From assembly GCF_009914755.1 (NCBI RefSeq), contig NC_060930.1: a stretch of 64,000 nt of DNA; one strand, 5' to 3'. Numbering within the stretch: the first letter of the stretch is position 1; every line of letters starts with the position of its first letter. Below the pieces are notes generated by a model. It was given only the letters and a program-made list of their open reading frames with translations, was not told the origin of the DNA and searched no databases. The position numbers and the translations under genes are program-made. Positions 1 through 14,300 of this stretch are shown here, piece after piece. The DNA is from the human T2T-CHM13v2.0 reference genome, Homo sapiens.

Positions 1-1449
1 CAAGTCCCAGCCTGAGCAGTTTTCCCAGGCCTTCTGAAAGAAGGAAGGCTGCTGTATCTGGCAAGTCGGGGGAGGACTGTTAACCCGGGGGCCTGCTGTA
101 ACTCAACGAAACATGGAGAGGAGTTCTGTGCCGACCCCAAAGCAACGCTTCTCCAACGCGAATGTGCAAGAAACCGCCTGGGTCTGCTTAAAATGCGCGT
201 TTGGATTCAGGAGAAACCAGCACCCAGGTGGCGCCGAGGTCGACAGACGCTGGAATCTCATCCCTGAATTCTCAACGTTTGCTTCCCTCAAATAGACTTA
301 GTAGAACGATCATGCGTAATACCTGACTCTATCACTATTCTGAAGACTGATGTGATGTTACATTTCGTATACTTTAAACGTGTTGGAAAACAGAAAAAAT
401 GTAAGTTGTGATTGTGAAATGTATTATATGCTGGAATTGCTAGTCCCAGTCACTAAAATTGTGGCACCCCAAAGACACGAGGAGAGAAAGATTAAAAGTG
501 AGACACTCCTCAGTCTTAGTTCTTGTATCTCTCTTTCCTGTTCCTTTATTTATTTCATCTCATGTTTCTCTTCATATGAAACCGTGTGCAAGGTGTAGCT
601 GTACCCCCACCCAGGCCGGTGGAGAGACCCCGTCTTGTTTTGGAGGTTACCTGTGAAAGTCAATGATGCCAGCTACAGACAATAGACTGCATGTTTATTT
701 GGAGTGACTGCATCAAACGGAAACCAAGGTCCTGTCTCCAGGCAGCCAGCTGCTCCCATCTGTCTGTGCCCATGGCACAGGTGGGGCCTTCCGTGGGCTG
801 CAGCCAGCACCAACCAGTACATCTGGTTGACCACAACGGGCAAAAGTAAAACCTCATGCCAATAAATGACCAAATCAAAATAGAATTTCTTTTTCTGGCT
901 GATCTCTGCCACACAAAAACCTATCTTCAGAATTGGCTGAGTCAAGCACCCAGCCTGCCCTTGTCCAGCCCCTGCAAAGGGAGGTAGGATGGAGCCATCT
1001 GGCATGGACCACATGCACTGGCCAGTGTGGTCTCTCTACCTCCTGAAGGCCAGCACTTTGAAAACAGCATTGCAGTTTCCGGCTCACACTAAGGAGTCAG
1101 TTTGCAGATTCTGCTGGAGGACTGGCCACTATTCGAGATTCTGTAAGATATTCCAAGACATCGAACACATGGTTCCTGCCCTCAAAGAGCTTATAATCTA
1201 CTCAGGCACAAACATTAAAATGCACACAGCAACATAAGGCTAAATGTAACTACTGCTGGCTTACTCCATAGAACAGGCCCTAACTGCCGAAAAATCTCAG
1301 CTGGAGTAGAGGGATTCCTGCCTGGGGTAACAGTAAGCTTCCTATAAACTTATTCACAGCTGGGATCAGCTGAGCCTTGAAAAACAGATAAAATTTGACT
1401 CAGAAAGCACTTTTTCTGGGTGGAACACAGGCAGTGACTGAGAATACGA

Positions 1450-1660
1450 AGTGTGTCTCTACTAAGCACTTTTACACATATTTATCTCGTTTAACCCTCA
1501 TAGCAGCACTACACACTTGGACCTGGACCTGAGAGAGCCCAGAACCCCAGTAGCAGCTATTATCCCCATGTTTCCAATGGGGAAAGAGTTCTGAGAATTT
1601 GAATCACCTCACCAAGGGGACAGAGGTAACGGCAGAGTCACGCTGACCAGCTCCAGAGCC
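1450..1660 (+). mobile_element. MIR SINE fragment interrupted by a 42-bp inverted insertion
   Basis: MIR-like core ctaagcacttttacacatatttatctcgtttaaccctca ... tattatccccatgtttccaatggggaaa. Confidence 0.6.
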
Positions 1661-1742
1661 ACCGCAGCCCACAGTTTCTATGTGACGCTTCGGCCCTTCT
1701 GCTGCTACTGGGGTTCTGGGCTCTCTCAGGTCCAGGTCCAAG
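1516..1742. repeat. Perfect 42-bp inverted repeat (1516-1557 / 1701-1742), 143-bp spacer
   Basis: Base-by-base reverse-complement match over 42 nt. Confidence 0.97.
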
Positions 1743-3656
1743 ACCTAAAGAGAAATAAAACACTCTAAGTGATGTGGGCCAAGCCTCACATGAGTATTAC
1801 AAAACCAAAGAGGCTTCACAGTCCCCAGGAACCCTGCCCTGCTGCCGAAAACTGGCCACCCCGCGAGGGAAATGACACATAATTCCCTCCAATCTCATCA
1901 TTAGTGGCCTGCTTGGTTAGCCACGGCCAAAAAGAGGAAATCTCAGGGAAACATTCATTTCTTCTGCCCTAAGCCCTGCAGCCATGATTGCTTTTATAAG
2001 CAAATTGTCTGCTTCATAAAAATGTTTACAGCATTTATTATATTTTTCTGATACACAGTTATTGTTTAAAAAAATCTTTTAATTACAGAAAAGGCACAAA
2101 GAAGAAAATTAATCCCTAGGCAACTTGTCTGAACCATGTAAAGTCCATACTTGGCCCAGAGCCCTAGACCAATTGACAACTTTGAAGCTTCAGATAAAAG
2201 ATTAACAAATCCCGAAGGGATAACTGGGCAAGAATGGCGTCCGTGTCTCTGTTAGGACCCACAGCCAGTAAGAAGAGCGTAAGATTCAAGTCGGACGGGT
2301 CACGGCACTGCAGGTCACCCACCACATCACCAAGGAACACTTTACCCTGAGTTTCCAGTTTCTCCAACCTGGAGTAAAAAAACCCACCAGCCTTTTAGAA
2401 TCGTTGTGAGGAGCAGAGACCGTTTACACCAAGCGCCAACTCAGTGCCTGGCACACAGTCAGCAATGATGTTTATCGATCCAGCTTTCTCACAATGCTTT
2501 GGAGGCAGAATAATTTTTCGAGAATTTCCATGAGTCTTCCAAAGTTCTGAGTCCTAATGTGAATTTGCAAAAATGAAATTAATTCCTGGCACCTCCTCCC
2601 TGCCCTGGGGCCCAGCAAGCCTCCTTCTCAAAGCCCTCAGCAGCCCCAGGAAACCCTGGGGCGTCTGGGCACCTTCTCACTGCACCCCAGTGAGTTCAGG
2701 CAGAGGATGACGCAGGCTGCAGATGGCTGGAGCCCATCGACCTTCCTGGAAGTGGAAGTCCTGATGGGAATCCCCGCGCTGTCATCCATCCTCCTTACAG
2801 AAAGGGTCAGAGTTCATTACCCATTCCATGCCCTGCAGAAACCAGGGTCTTTACTTTGGGCTGGCATGACATCAAATCAGATTTGCACACTGGTTGACCA
2901 ACTCAACAGCTCCCTTTGGCAGTTAAGTGTGACTTCCATCAACCAAATGGTAAAACATTAAAGTAAAAATAAATGCAGGTTCTATGGAAAAAACAATTAA
3001 AAAATGGCCTTTGATGTTCCCGATATATTCTGACAATCCTAGAGATTTAAAAAGCAGCATAAGGGATTATTTATTACATAAAAAGATCAAACAAATTGAT
3101 AGAAAAATGTATCGATAAGAAATCCATTAATATGATTTAGATAAACATGAAAGAAAAATTGTAAATCTTAATGAGAAAATAGCCAGACTTGCTCATGGTC
3201 AAATAATGTAATTAAATAATCGTTTATTTCATTATGTTACAAAAATGTAATGATAAGTTGTGGTGAAATGTATCCTTATATATTAGTGATACTGAAGCTT
3301 GTTCAATGCGGGGAGGAGAGATGTGGCAATGTGTATCAAGAAACAAAATTATGTTTATGTCCTTTGACCCAGTAATTAACATGGCATGAGGGAGGGGCAT
3401 ATATTGGTCATAGTGTCATTTATAGAACAGAGAATTTTCAAAATAAATGCCCGATGAAGTATTAAGCAGACTTTTACAATTATGGTTTTGAAGACTATGT
3501 AGCAACTTAGAAATTGCAGATAACATACTGAGTAAAAAGAAAAGCAGAATGTAAAAATCGTTCCTGGACTATGATTGCAACTTTGTAAAAAGTGCACATA
3601 GGAAAAAGAAGTGCAAGAAAAATGGCAAATGACTGTGGTTAAGAATACTAGGATTG

Positions 3657-4000
<344 letters not shown>

Positions 4001-4696
4001 CTAGGATTTAAAACAAAAATTATGCTTTACAGCAAAGGAGAGTTTGGGTTTTCACTCCCGGAGGTGTTCGGAGGCCACCGCAGCCCACACCACGCCCAGG
4101 TGGAGCCACCACCTGTGCCTCTGCAGCCACTGATCTGGGAGCTGCCCCCAGAGGCAGCTGTGCAGATAGCAGATACTGCTCCTGGTTGAGGACCAAAATA
4201 TGAATAAACGGGCTCTTCAAGGACAGCGTGACAATATTAAATAAATGTTGCATAATGCAAACACTGCACCTAGGTAAAGCCACTTACAAAATTGATTTAT
4301 TTTGATCTGTTTTAAATTTAAAGGTTTGTAATGTGGAATTACCGTGCTGGGTAATTGCCCACACACCACATTCTACTGAGCCGAATGACATTCCATGTAT
4401 ACTTCAGAGCTGTATCTAATTTCTTAAACACAACCTTTTTTTTCAAATTTATGTCACTCCATAAAAAGCAACTCTTTTCACAGTGACAATTGTAAGTAAA
4501 AAATATGAAAATATTTTCCGTACCTTTTCCCAAAATTTCACTAAATCTTGAAAACAGACCTTAAGAATATTTTTCCCGCACTTACATATCTCTCTCCTCT
4601 GCCACCTCTGCTGCAGGTCTTTTGGACTTGAAGGCCTTGGTTGTATTGGGATTAATAAAATATGTTTATATACATGATTTATAAAAAGTAAAACAA

Positions 4697-5000
<304 letters not shown>

Positions 5001-6061
5001 AGTAAAGCAAGACAACACTATGACTCTCCATCCTAACACAAGTCAAGTCCTGAGCTTCTGTAGAAAGAGCCCACCACGGCCATGCAGGACCTCATGGAGA
5101 ATCAGCAGGTGCACGGGTGCTCACTGCAGCTCCCGTCTGCATCCTGGAAGCTTTGGGTCTTGGACTAATGAGGACTAAGCCTGCGCAGTCAGTTCTCTCA
5201 GCCAGAGACTGAAACCACCACCAAAGAACCTTGAGGAAACGCGCCCATCCTTGCTCCTTGGGAAAATGTGGATAGTTAACGTGACCAAGCAGGACAGCGC
5301 GGCAGCCTCCCTCGTGTTAAACCCACGTTGTACTCATCCTGGGGGTGCCTAAAACGTGGCAGCCTCAATTCCTCAATGGCTCTCGGATTCTTGGGAACCG
5401 AGGGGAGGGAAGGGTGGTGCTGGCTGCCCGAGGCTCAGCCCTCCAGGCCTTCCCAGAGCGCCAGGGCCGCCACTGCCCTCCTTGGAGCAGCGTTGCATGG
5501 CTCCACGAGGACCAGGGTTCGAAAATTTGAGGTGCTGTCTCTCAAGCTCGGAGTTTGCGGGAGCCCTTGCCCCGCCGGCTGCCGTAAAAGCTTTGGTTAA
5601 ATGCTCTGAACTGAAGGTCCTTCCCGCGCCCCCTCAGAGACTCCAGAGGCACACTCACCCCCAGAGTGAAGCAGCAGACAGAACCCAGGACCTTCTCTGC
5701 ACTCACACGGGAGAGGAGCATGGAAGGGCCTGAGCCTGAAGCGTCGTTTCCTAAAAAGAAGGCGCTGCTCCCGGCCCCCGCACCAGGCCCTGCCGGAGTC
5801 TCTGCCAGCACTGCGCCTGCCGCTCTTCCCTCAGCCCCATCGGCAGGAAGTCGGCTCTTTAAAGAGTTTTAAATCAGCAGTAAATCACAGTTTCTAAAGC
5901 TGTAGCACTGATTGCAGCGAACCCTCCAGACTGGGCATCACGCGTGCCCGTCAGGAGCAGCAGCCGCTGAGACTGTGATTCTCCTGCAGCTGTGGGGAAA
6001 CAGAAGTCCAGTGTTTATCCAGATGCATCATTTGCAACTATTCACTCGTGTGAATTAATAA

Positions 6062-6470
<409 letters not shown>

Positions 6471-7619
6471 GATTCTACTCACACGTTTTGAAGCTTGCCA
6501 CACTGACGCTGTCTTCTATTCTATTCTCTGCACTAAATTATGAGAAAGAATTGAGATTTTTTTCAGGGATCTAAACCAAATTGTACAGCACTGGTCTACA
6601 CACATGCACACACACGCCCTGTGAAACAGCTTTTACCTTTCAGAGCATAATCGGGACATTGTAAGGTGTTCTATGTAGTTTTAAAGGAGTGGAGAAGGTA
6701 CTCACATCCACCAGCAAAGACGTGAGACAAGGGATTCAGGGGCAGGGTGACATTTGGAGGGAAAGGGAAGGGTCCTTCACCCACAGGCCCTGCAGGAAAC
6801 GCTCGCGGTGGGAGGTGACCTGGGCTTTGCTCATCACCTCCCTTCTGGTCAGGACCCCACAGCAGGACAGCGTGAGCCCACGCGCTTGTGTTCTGAGCAA
6901 TGTCACCTCAGCAGATACACAGCAGCCAGGCGGTCCCAGGCTCCACAGGCAGAGACTCAGGTTGGGTGTTGGCTGTTTCTTTTTTCCAATATCCACCTCC
7001 CTTGAAATCAGGACTTTGAAACTTAGTTTTGCAGAGATTGTGTTTCCCTGCACTCTACTGAAGTAATTACCAGGTTTTTCCTGACCTTTGCTGACCCCAG
7101 GGAAGTGTTTTTATTCACATTTCCATTCTGGGATTTCTGTGATCTCCTGGATCCACTGCCTGCAATTCCTTGGAAAGACCCAAACCGGAGGAGGCAGAGG
7201 GTTCCCTTCAGCAAACACGCTGGGCCCCTGCAGTCACAAGGCACAGAGAGCACGAGGGTCCCACGTTCTCCGCACGGTCCCTGCAGTCTGGAGGTGCAGG
7301 GAGTGTGTAGCTGTTACACATCCGATGGCAAGGGCGTCGACTGTGATCACGGGGCCTGATGAAATGGATTTAGAATCAGTTTCCCCATCTGTGAACTGAA
7401 AGGCTGGGAGAGGTGATTTCTCCACCCAGGGGGCCTCCAGTCCTGGTGCATTGGGGCCATTCTTGGAACACCCAGGGGCCCTTCTAACAGCAGATTAAAC
7501 ATGCACTCACCGGTCCCTGCCACACAGAACATGACACTTCTGCATGAGTGCTGAGGGGTCTGGGTGGGAGCCATGGGCAGCTGACGCCATCAGAAAAAGC
7601 TTCCGCATGCAAGGCAGGA

Positions 7620-8970
7620 GGAGGAGGAATACAGCTGTGTGTTCTGAGAGATGCATGTGAGGTGATTTTGTCACTGTGTTAACATCACTGAGGACACACA
7701 CACACACCTAGAAGGTGTAGCCCACCGCACACCCAGGCTACGTGCTGGAGGCCGAAGCTCCAGGCTACAAACTCACACAGTGCTGAATACTGCAGCCAAT
7801 TGTCACACAATGGTAAGTATTTGTGCACCTAAACATATCTAAAAAATAGAAAAGAGGTACAGTAAAAACAAGACATAAAAGATGTAAAGTGGTACGGCCG
7901 TGTAAGGCACTTGCCATGAATGAAGCTTGGGCTGGAAGCTGCTCTAGTGAGTCCATGAGTGAGTGGGGAGTGAGTGGGAAGGCCAGGACATGACCGTACA
8001 CTGCTGTAGGCTTTATACACACTGCACACGCAGGCTGCTCCGGTAAGTCCATGAGTGAGTGGGAAGACCAGGACATGACCGTACACTGCTATAGGCTTTA
8101 TACACACTGCACACGCAGGCTGCTCCGGTGAGTCCATGAGTGAGTGGAGAGTGGGAAGCCAGGACATGACCGTGCTGCTGTAGGCTTTACATACACCACA
8201 CACTTAGGCTACACTAAATCCATTGTTAAAAATTTCCTTCTCTAATAATAAATCAACCTTAGTTTACTGTAACCTTCTTGCTTTATAAACTTTTTAATTT
8301 TTTAACTCTTTGACTCTTATAATATGTAGCTTCAAATACAAACATGTTGTACAGCTGCACAAAAATAGTTTCTTTCTTTATATCCTTATTCTATTAGCTT
8401 TTTTCTGTTTAAAACATTTTAACTTTTTAAACTTTTTTGTTAAAAAACTAAGACACACACATCATCCTAGGCCTGCATGGAGTCAAGATCATCAATATCA
8501 CCGTCTTCCCCTCCACATCTGGTCTCACTGGAAGGTCTCTGGGGGCAGTGATGCACAGAGCTGTCGTCTCCTGTGATAACACGGTTTCTCCTGGACGCCT
8601 CCCGCAGGACCTGCCTGAGGCTGCTCTACAGTTAACTTTTTTTTTTAATAAATAGACGGAACGCACTCTAAAATAATGACTAAAAGTTTGGTATAGTAAA
8701 TACGCACCCGGGAACAAAGTTTATTAACATTATCTGGTCGTGTGTGCTGTGGACGATCACGTGTGCTGGACTTGTGCCCGGCTGGCAGCGCTGTGGACTT
8801 GTTCACGCTGGCGTCACACAGGGGCGGGAGCCATGCGTTGTGCTGTGATGTGACAGCCAGGTGACAGCCGAGGGACCAGACGCTTTCAGCTCCATGACAA
8901 TCTTACGGCGCCACCGCCACCTGTGGGGTGTGCCATTGACGGCAAAGTCCCTGTTTGGTGCCGGGCTGTA
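7620..8970. mobile_element. Tigger3/Golem-like TcMar DNA transposon remnant
   Basis: Recognisable segments (acacaatggtaagtatttgtg…aaaagaggtacagtaaaaa; tttcagctccatgacaatcttacgg…ccacc); boundaries approximate. Confidence 0.7.
7945..8205. repeat. ~85-95 bp unit x3 inside the Tigger remnant
   Basis: gtccatgagtgagtgg…ccaggacatgaccgt…gctgtaggcttta occurs three times. Confidence 0.9.
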
Positions 8971-9775
8971 TCTGAGCACCTCGGCTCATCCAGAAGGGGT
9001 TTAACCAGTCTAAACTTCCGTCTGAAACTGGCCCATTTCATCAGCGTTCTTGGGAAAATGAGGCAAAATAGACTTGGACATTTCAGAGAAAACATTCACA
9101 GTGTTAGTACGTTTATCTGACATTATTTACAATCCCTCCGATTACAAGCAGTTAGAAGAGGAGAAGGAGGTCAGCTGGCCGTGGCAGGGAACAGGGCCTC
9201 CTCTCCTGATCTTTCCCATCTCAGCAAAATGCCCCATTGTGTGGCTCAGGGGAAGTTGAAGTCGAAAGCCTGGCGTGGGGAAGCAGCTGCTGGGCCATTG
9301 TTTAATCTGAGCTAATGCAATGTCACCACGCCCAATTATGTGGCCGCAATTTGGGTTACAGTTGCTTTGGTCAATATGATCACTTTCTTTTTTGTTTTTC
9401 AAAGAGGTCAAAGGTTGGGGGCTGGAGGCTGAAGCAGTCAGGCAGTGAGGGGATTGGGGACCCAGAGACTGGTTTCTTGGAAAACACCCCCAGGAAAAAG
9501 ATACTCTGTCACAAAATATCAATGCCAGCCAGATGTCACCAGTCTTTTTTTTTTTTTTTTTTTGCATGTGTTTCTTAACAGCTGGTAAGAATATCAGCTG
9601 AAATTATTCGCCACAAGCACACACTTTCTGTTTGTCTCCAGATAAAGGGATTTAAAATCCCGTTTGTCAGTGAGGGAAGGTGGAAACTGTGGAATGGATT
9701 TTTCTGGACCAAAAGGTAGGTGATTCCCCCCTTCCGTGCTGCCCAGCCACAGCCCAGAGAGACAGAAAGGTGGAG

Positions 9776-10441
9776 ACTCACGGCAGGGCCGCACGCAGGG
9801 CTGTGTTGTCCGCTTCCTGGGACGGTCCCCTGCGTCCAGCACACTCACGGCCAGGGCCGCACGCAGGCCTGTGTTGTCCGCTTCCTGGGACGGTCCCCTG
9901 CGTCCAGCACACTCACGGCCAGGGCCGCACGCAGGCCTGTGTTGTCCGCTTCCTGGGACGGTCCCCTGCGTCCAGCACACTCACGGCCAGGGCCGCACGC
10001 AGGCCTGTGTTGTCCGCTTCCTGGGACGGTCCCCTGCGTCCAGCACACTCACGGCCAGGGCCGCACGCAGGCCTGTGTTGTCCGCTTCCTGGGACGGTCC
10101 CCTGCGTCCAGCACACTCACGGCCAGGGCCACACGCAGGCCTGTGTTGTCCGCTTCCTGGGACGGTCCCCTGCGTCCAGCACACTCACGGCCAGGGCCGC
10201 ACGCAGGGCTGTGTTGTCCGCTTCCTGGGACGGTCCCCTGCGTCCAGCACACTCACGGCCAGGGCCGCACGCAGGCCTGTGTTGTCCGCTTCCTGGGACG
10301 GTCCCCTGCGTCCAGCACACTCACGGCCAGGGCCGCACGCAGGGCTGTGTTGTCCGCTTCCTGGGACGGTCCCCTGCGTCCAGCACACTCACGGCCAGGG
10401 CCGCACACAGGCCTGTGTTGTCTGCTTCCTGGGACGGTCCT
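9776..10441. repeat. 68-bp GC-rich minisatellite (VNTR), ~9.8 copies
   Basis: Unit actcacggccagggccgcacgcaggcctgtgttgtccgcttcctgggacggtcccctgcgtccagcac; copies near-identical. Confidence 0.98.
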
Positions 10442-10791
10442 GTCTGGGAAACCCGGACAGTCGTTCCTGTCTCTTCAGTCTTGGTTTTCTGTTAGTATGA
10501 CACCAATCTCCTACGTTGAGTTGCCTCCTGTAATTCCCTGCAGGATCTGTAATCACATGGCGTCTGGTTTGGGTGCCGGCCACACGTCCGCTCACACGTG
10601 CTGTCTCCGACTCCCCCCAGCCCCATGTGCAGCTCCCTCATGGCATCTTTTTGGGAGGGCCATTTTCCACGTCATTTATACCATCTGGGTGCTTTGAACC
10701 CAAAAAGTTCTCAGAAAAAGCTCACTGAAAAAAAAATGTATAACAGACGTGCCTTTGAAAAATTCATTTGATTGATGGTAGTAAAAGGCTC

Positions 10792-11210
10792 TGTAGTGGG
10801 CTGAGAGGTGTTCCTCCAAAATCCACGTCCCCCCAGAGCCTCGTGATGTGAGCTTGTGTGGAAACAGGTCTCTGCAGATAGTTGAGAGTGGAGATGAGGT
10901 TGAGCTGGATGAGGGTCAGCCTGGAATCCAGTGACTGGTGTTCTTATAAGGACACGAGACACAGAGGCAGGGGAAGAAGGCTGTGGAAGAGGGAGGCAGA
11001 GATCAAGGTGATGCACCCACAAGACAAGGGCACCAGGATCTCACAGCACTCAAAGCTGGGAGAGGCCTGGAGTCTCCCTGACAGCCACAGAGGAGCCAGC
11101 CCCGCCCACACCTGCATCCAGGAATTCTGATCTCTAGGACTGTGAGAAAACGAATTTCAGTTGCATAGAGGAGGTAATTTGCCATGGCAGCCCCCGGGAA
11201 CTCACTCGGT
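10792..11210 (+). mobile_element. MLT1 (MaLR) solo LTR
   Basis: MLT1B/C-like segments (gactggtgttcttataag…gaggcagagat…gactgtgagaaaacgaatttc). Confidence 0.75.
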
Positions 11211-13133
11211 GTACAAGGAGGAGGAAAGTGCCCGCTACTCCTAAGATAGAGCAGCCACACCCGAGGTAAAGGGGCACCCCATACCCGGAACAGCCCCCAC
11301 TGCCCCACGGTGACCATCAGTCCTTGTCACTGAATGGATTCAGAACTCAACAACCTCACCACCCGCTAAGGAAGCCCCGTGGGAGGATGGGTCACTGTCT
11401 CCTAGGTGTGAGCCCGCACCTCACCCGTTGCCTGCAGCCCTCCCGGGAGGAAGGGTGACATCTGGGGTGCCAGGGCCCTCGGCCTGTGGGGCAAATGCTG
11501 GGCGGAGTGGGCTGACTGAGGCAGGAAATGTGAGCAGCTATCCAGAGAAGTCGGCCCCCAAAGCGTGAGTCTACTAGCAGCCTGAGAGCTGGCTACTGGC
11601 AGTCACTGGACAATTCCCACTTTACTTTGACCTGATAAATGGCAGGAAAAGTGCCCACCAGGAAGCCTGGGAACTCAGCAGGTGGTTGTGACGACAAGGC
11701 TCAGAGACCAGGTCACACTGGCTGGGGCCACTTTCTACGAAAAAGGCAGGCCACGAAATCCCTCCCTAAAACCCAGTCAGTGTGGACAACGGGATTCTAC
11801 CTAATGCCTTGGGGACATCAGAGGTAAGTGTGCTCTTGTTTCTTAGGTGACATTCTTTTTTAATCTAAAAATATCTGTTGCCACCATTTAACGGTATGGC
11901 CCTAAGCAGCTTTCATTCCCACAGATTCAACACATTGTGAGCAAATAGCACCCGTTACTACAAATGCCTGTGAGGGAGAAAAGCCTACAGCCTTCCCCAC
12001 AGAAGCATGTGTGACGCGGGGTGGGGACCCTGTACCTGCTCATATGTATGGAGAAAGTGGGGACATCTGTAATCCTCCACCTCAGGAACTAGCTGACTTG
12101 ACTTGGACCCAGCTTTTCAGGAGGCACAAAACACAAATGAGAATCAAGTACGAAGCCCTTAGTGTTCCGGTCGTTCCAAGTCTAAGAGCTGTTGTGGGCG
12201 CCACAGAGCCTGCTGCTACTAGCGATCCCAGTTTGGCAAACACCGGGGCCTCACTTTGTCTCTTGTGTGGGGAATGCACACACCTCACATCTGTCTCACG
12301 GACCATAAACGCTCTCCCGAGAATCATGTTGACTCTGCTCACCGAGCCCAGGCCCAGCACAAAGACACACCATAAACACCTGCGGAGGGAGCGTGGCCCA
12401 GCCCAGGGACTCTGGGGCTCCCAGAAGACAGGGCCCTCCCCCAGCCATGCCGGGAATGCTGCGTGACAGCGGATCAGGAAATGGGGCAGAAGCCCATGAA
12501 ACCCTCGGAGTCAGGTCACCAGGGCGGGTGCTCGCCCACCCCCAACGCCTGAGGGTGACATTTGACAGTTTACACACAGTCTCTGAGCGCCTGTTTTAGC
12601 CTAGGTTTGTAAAGGAGTCAAGAATTCATCTCAGAAAGCTGCCAGTAGACAACCAAATGCTATTTCAAAGCAACTGCAGGGGTTAGTAATTGAGATTTTT
12701 TTTATCCCTCTAACTTGCTACTTCCCTAGTTCTGTGGCAGGCCTCTTGACTCAGCTTATAAATACTAAAACTGTTGCTGTAATAAGAAAAAACAAGAAAC
12801 ATTCCTTGAATATTTCAGAGCAAAATGCTTGTGAAAGCCCTTGGTTTCCCCACAGAAAATGTATTTAAAAGAAGAAGAGCCGTGAATCGGTGGCAGCTGC
12901 TCCCAGCACCTGTTCCCCGTTCCCATCATTGAAGTTCTCGTGGCATTTTGGAAAGAACTGAGCAGTTTTCCTAGAGAAATACTCTGGGTTCTCGATTACA
13001 CAGTTGACTGCACTCAACTGTTGGCTGAGACAAAGGGGCCTGAGAGGTGTATCCGTGCACAGAGCTCCGCACCCTGAAACCGCTCAGGGCATGGACCGCG
13101 GTGACATGCCGCCTCCCTCCCAGTGCCCACTGA

Positions 13134-13716
<583 letters not shown>

Positions 13717-13859
13717 TAGAATGTCTGGACTAAGTCTTCAAGGCACAAGGGCATCAAGCTCTAATGAGCACACGGGGGCACCACTGCAGATGGCCAGGGG
13801 GCAGGCGGAGGCCACCATGCACCCTCCCTCTTCATCGGCTCGCAGCCCCTCCTGGGGAG

Positions 13860-14300
13860 CTCTCGCTGCCATCACAAGCTGAGAGGCTTACAAGACACAC
13901 ATTCATCCCCTCACGGTTCTGCAGGTCAGGAGCCTGACAAGGGTCCCACTGGGGTAAAAAACCAAGGCTTGGCCAGCCTGGCTCCTTCCGGAGACTCCGA
14001 GAGAACCTCTTCATGTCTCTTCCCGTTTCCAGAGGCCACACATTCCTGGGCTCCTGGCCCCTTCCCTGTCTCTGAGCCACACTGCATCTCCAGCCTCGCT
14101 GACCCACCCCTGCCGCTGCCGAACTCCTCCCTCTGTCCCCTGTACAGACCCTGTTCTTCCACTGGGCTCCCCTGGGGAATCCAGGCTAATCCACATCTCA
14201 GGGCCTGGGGCTTAATCCACAACGTGCTGTTGGCTCTGGGGTCGGGAGGTTGGGGAGGCCGTGCCCGGGGGCCTTTCTTCTGTATTCCACACCATTGATC
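13860..14300 (-). mobile_element. MLT1 (MaLR) solo LTR, diverged
   Basis: cctcacggttctgcaggtcaggag…ccagaggccacacattcctgggctcctggcccc resembles MLT1C/D in reverse. Confidence 0.6.

Noticed and set aside
9776-10441. CRISPR-like appearance of the regular repeats (also 17658-17900 and 61075-61542)
   Set aside because: Head-to-tail units with no unique spacers, no cas genes, and a eukaryotic context.
9680-10697. Three long + strand ORFs (254-325 aa) and repeated 67-aa - strand ORFs
   Set aside because: These follow from a stop-free 68-bp VNTR; no domain, good start context or exon structure.
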